From Tubiluchus corallicola (lineage: Eukaryota > Animalia > Priapulida): a stretch of 9,662 bases of DNA. Where the stretch lies: contig JAQGDQ010001228.1 in NCBI GenBank assembly GCA_030141605.1, positions 1 through 9,662 of the forward strand. Direction: 5' to 3'. This document shows positions 9,007 through 9,662 of this stretch, in pieces. Positions within the stretch are counted from its first letter, which is position 1, and each line of letters begins with the position of its first letter. The notes below the pieces were generated by a model. It saw nothing but the letters and a program-made list of their open reading frames with translations. It was not told the origin of the DNA and did no database searches. The position numbers and the translations under genes were made by a program.

Positions 9007-9453
9007 ACAATATGCAGCAAATTGAATAACAAGGAAGAAATCACTATTATTCACAAGCCGTGAATTAGTATTTTTTTTCTCACGATATTTTCAAGAATCC
9101 TGCCTGATATTCACAAAAAACCGCTCAGATATTGTGCACTAGAAGATCTTTGCGCGATATTCGCAAAATGTTAAGACTAAAAATTGCACTAACACGACGA
9201 ATTAAAAATGCAAATTTTCCAAAGAACCATTTCAAATTATTTACACAAAGGAATAGCGAAAGTTCTTCTCGCCACAAAATTATTAAAAGCCGTGATAATC
9301 ATAATCATTTTATTTATCTGCGCACATTCACATGGAATACTATCAGCATCGACTCTCACAGGGTTTTGTTCACAGTAAGTTTTGCGCGGTGGTGAATGTA
9401 TGACATGCGAAGGCAAGACTGCGGTCGTTTTGCGGTTAAATACCTCAAGACTC

Positions 9454-9511
9454 CACGCCCATATGTACACGCCCACGTCAATTATTCACCCCCATATATA
9501 CACGCCCACGT
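9454..9511. repeat. 25-bp direct repeat (33-bp period) rich in CACGCCC
   Basis: CACGCCCATATGTACACGCCCACGT (9454-9478) and CACCCCCATATATACACGCCCACGT (9487-9511), 23/25 identical. Confidence 0.85.
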
Positions 9512-9662
9512 ACGCTCATTGGTTCATCGTAGCCGTAGCCCAAGCTATTATCAGTTCTGATAATTTTGCCTGAAATTAAGAAAATGTGAATTCGCTGTCA
9601 GTAACATTAATCTAGAATTTGGAATGTTTAGAGAATTAGGCAAATGCAGTCTAGTTTTGATT

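Noticed and set aside
543-9573. Short non-repeat ORFs (543-755, 6009-6215, 6122-6322, 7391-7624, 7516-7731, 9132-9395, 9237-9476, 9382-9573)
   Set aside because: All are under 90 aa, several begin at non-ATG codons or overlap each other, and none has a recognisable domain.

Overview
AT-rich, gene-poor DNA that looks like non-coding eukaryotic (probably invertebrate animal) sequence; the species cannot be determined from this window. I find no credible protein-coding gene, RNA gene or CRISPR array. About half the window is tandem repeat: a 40-unit 87/88-bp minisatellite (1530-5009), a compound (AAT)7(AAC)3(AAT)26 microsatellite (5123-5230) and a 26-unit 34-bp minisatellite (7659-8542). The long ORFs in the track are read-throughs of these repeats. 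The clearest hidden feature is an intact 392-bp hAT-type MITE (8615-9006) with 11-bp terminal inverted repeats and a perfect 8-bp target-site duplication. Weaker motif-level signals are a candidate Pol II promoter and first exon (530-740), several CTCF-like sites, a possible LINE 3' tail, a possible Helentron-like end at the edge of the 34-bp array and a possible solo LTR. The sequence alone does not support a new biological system.
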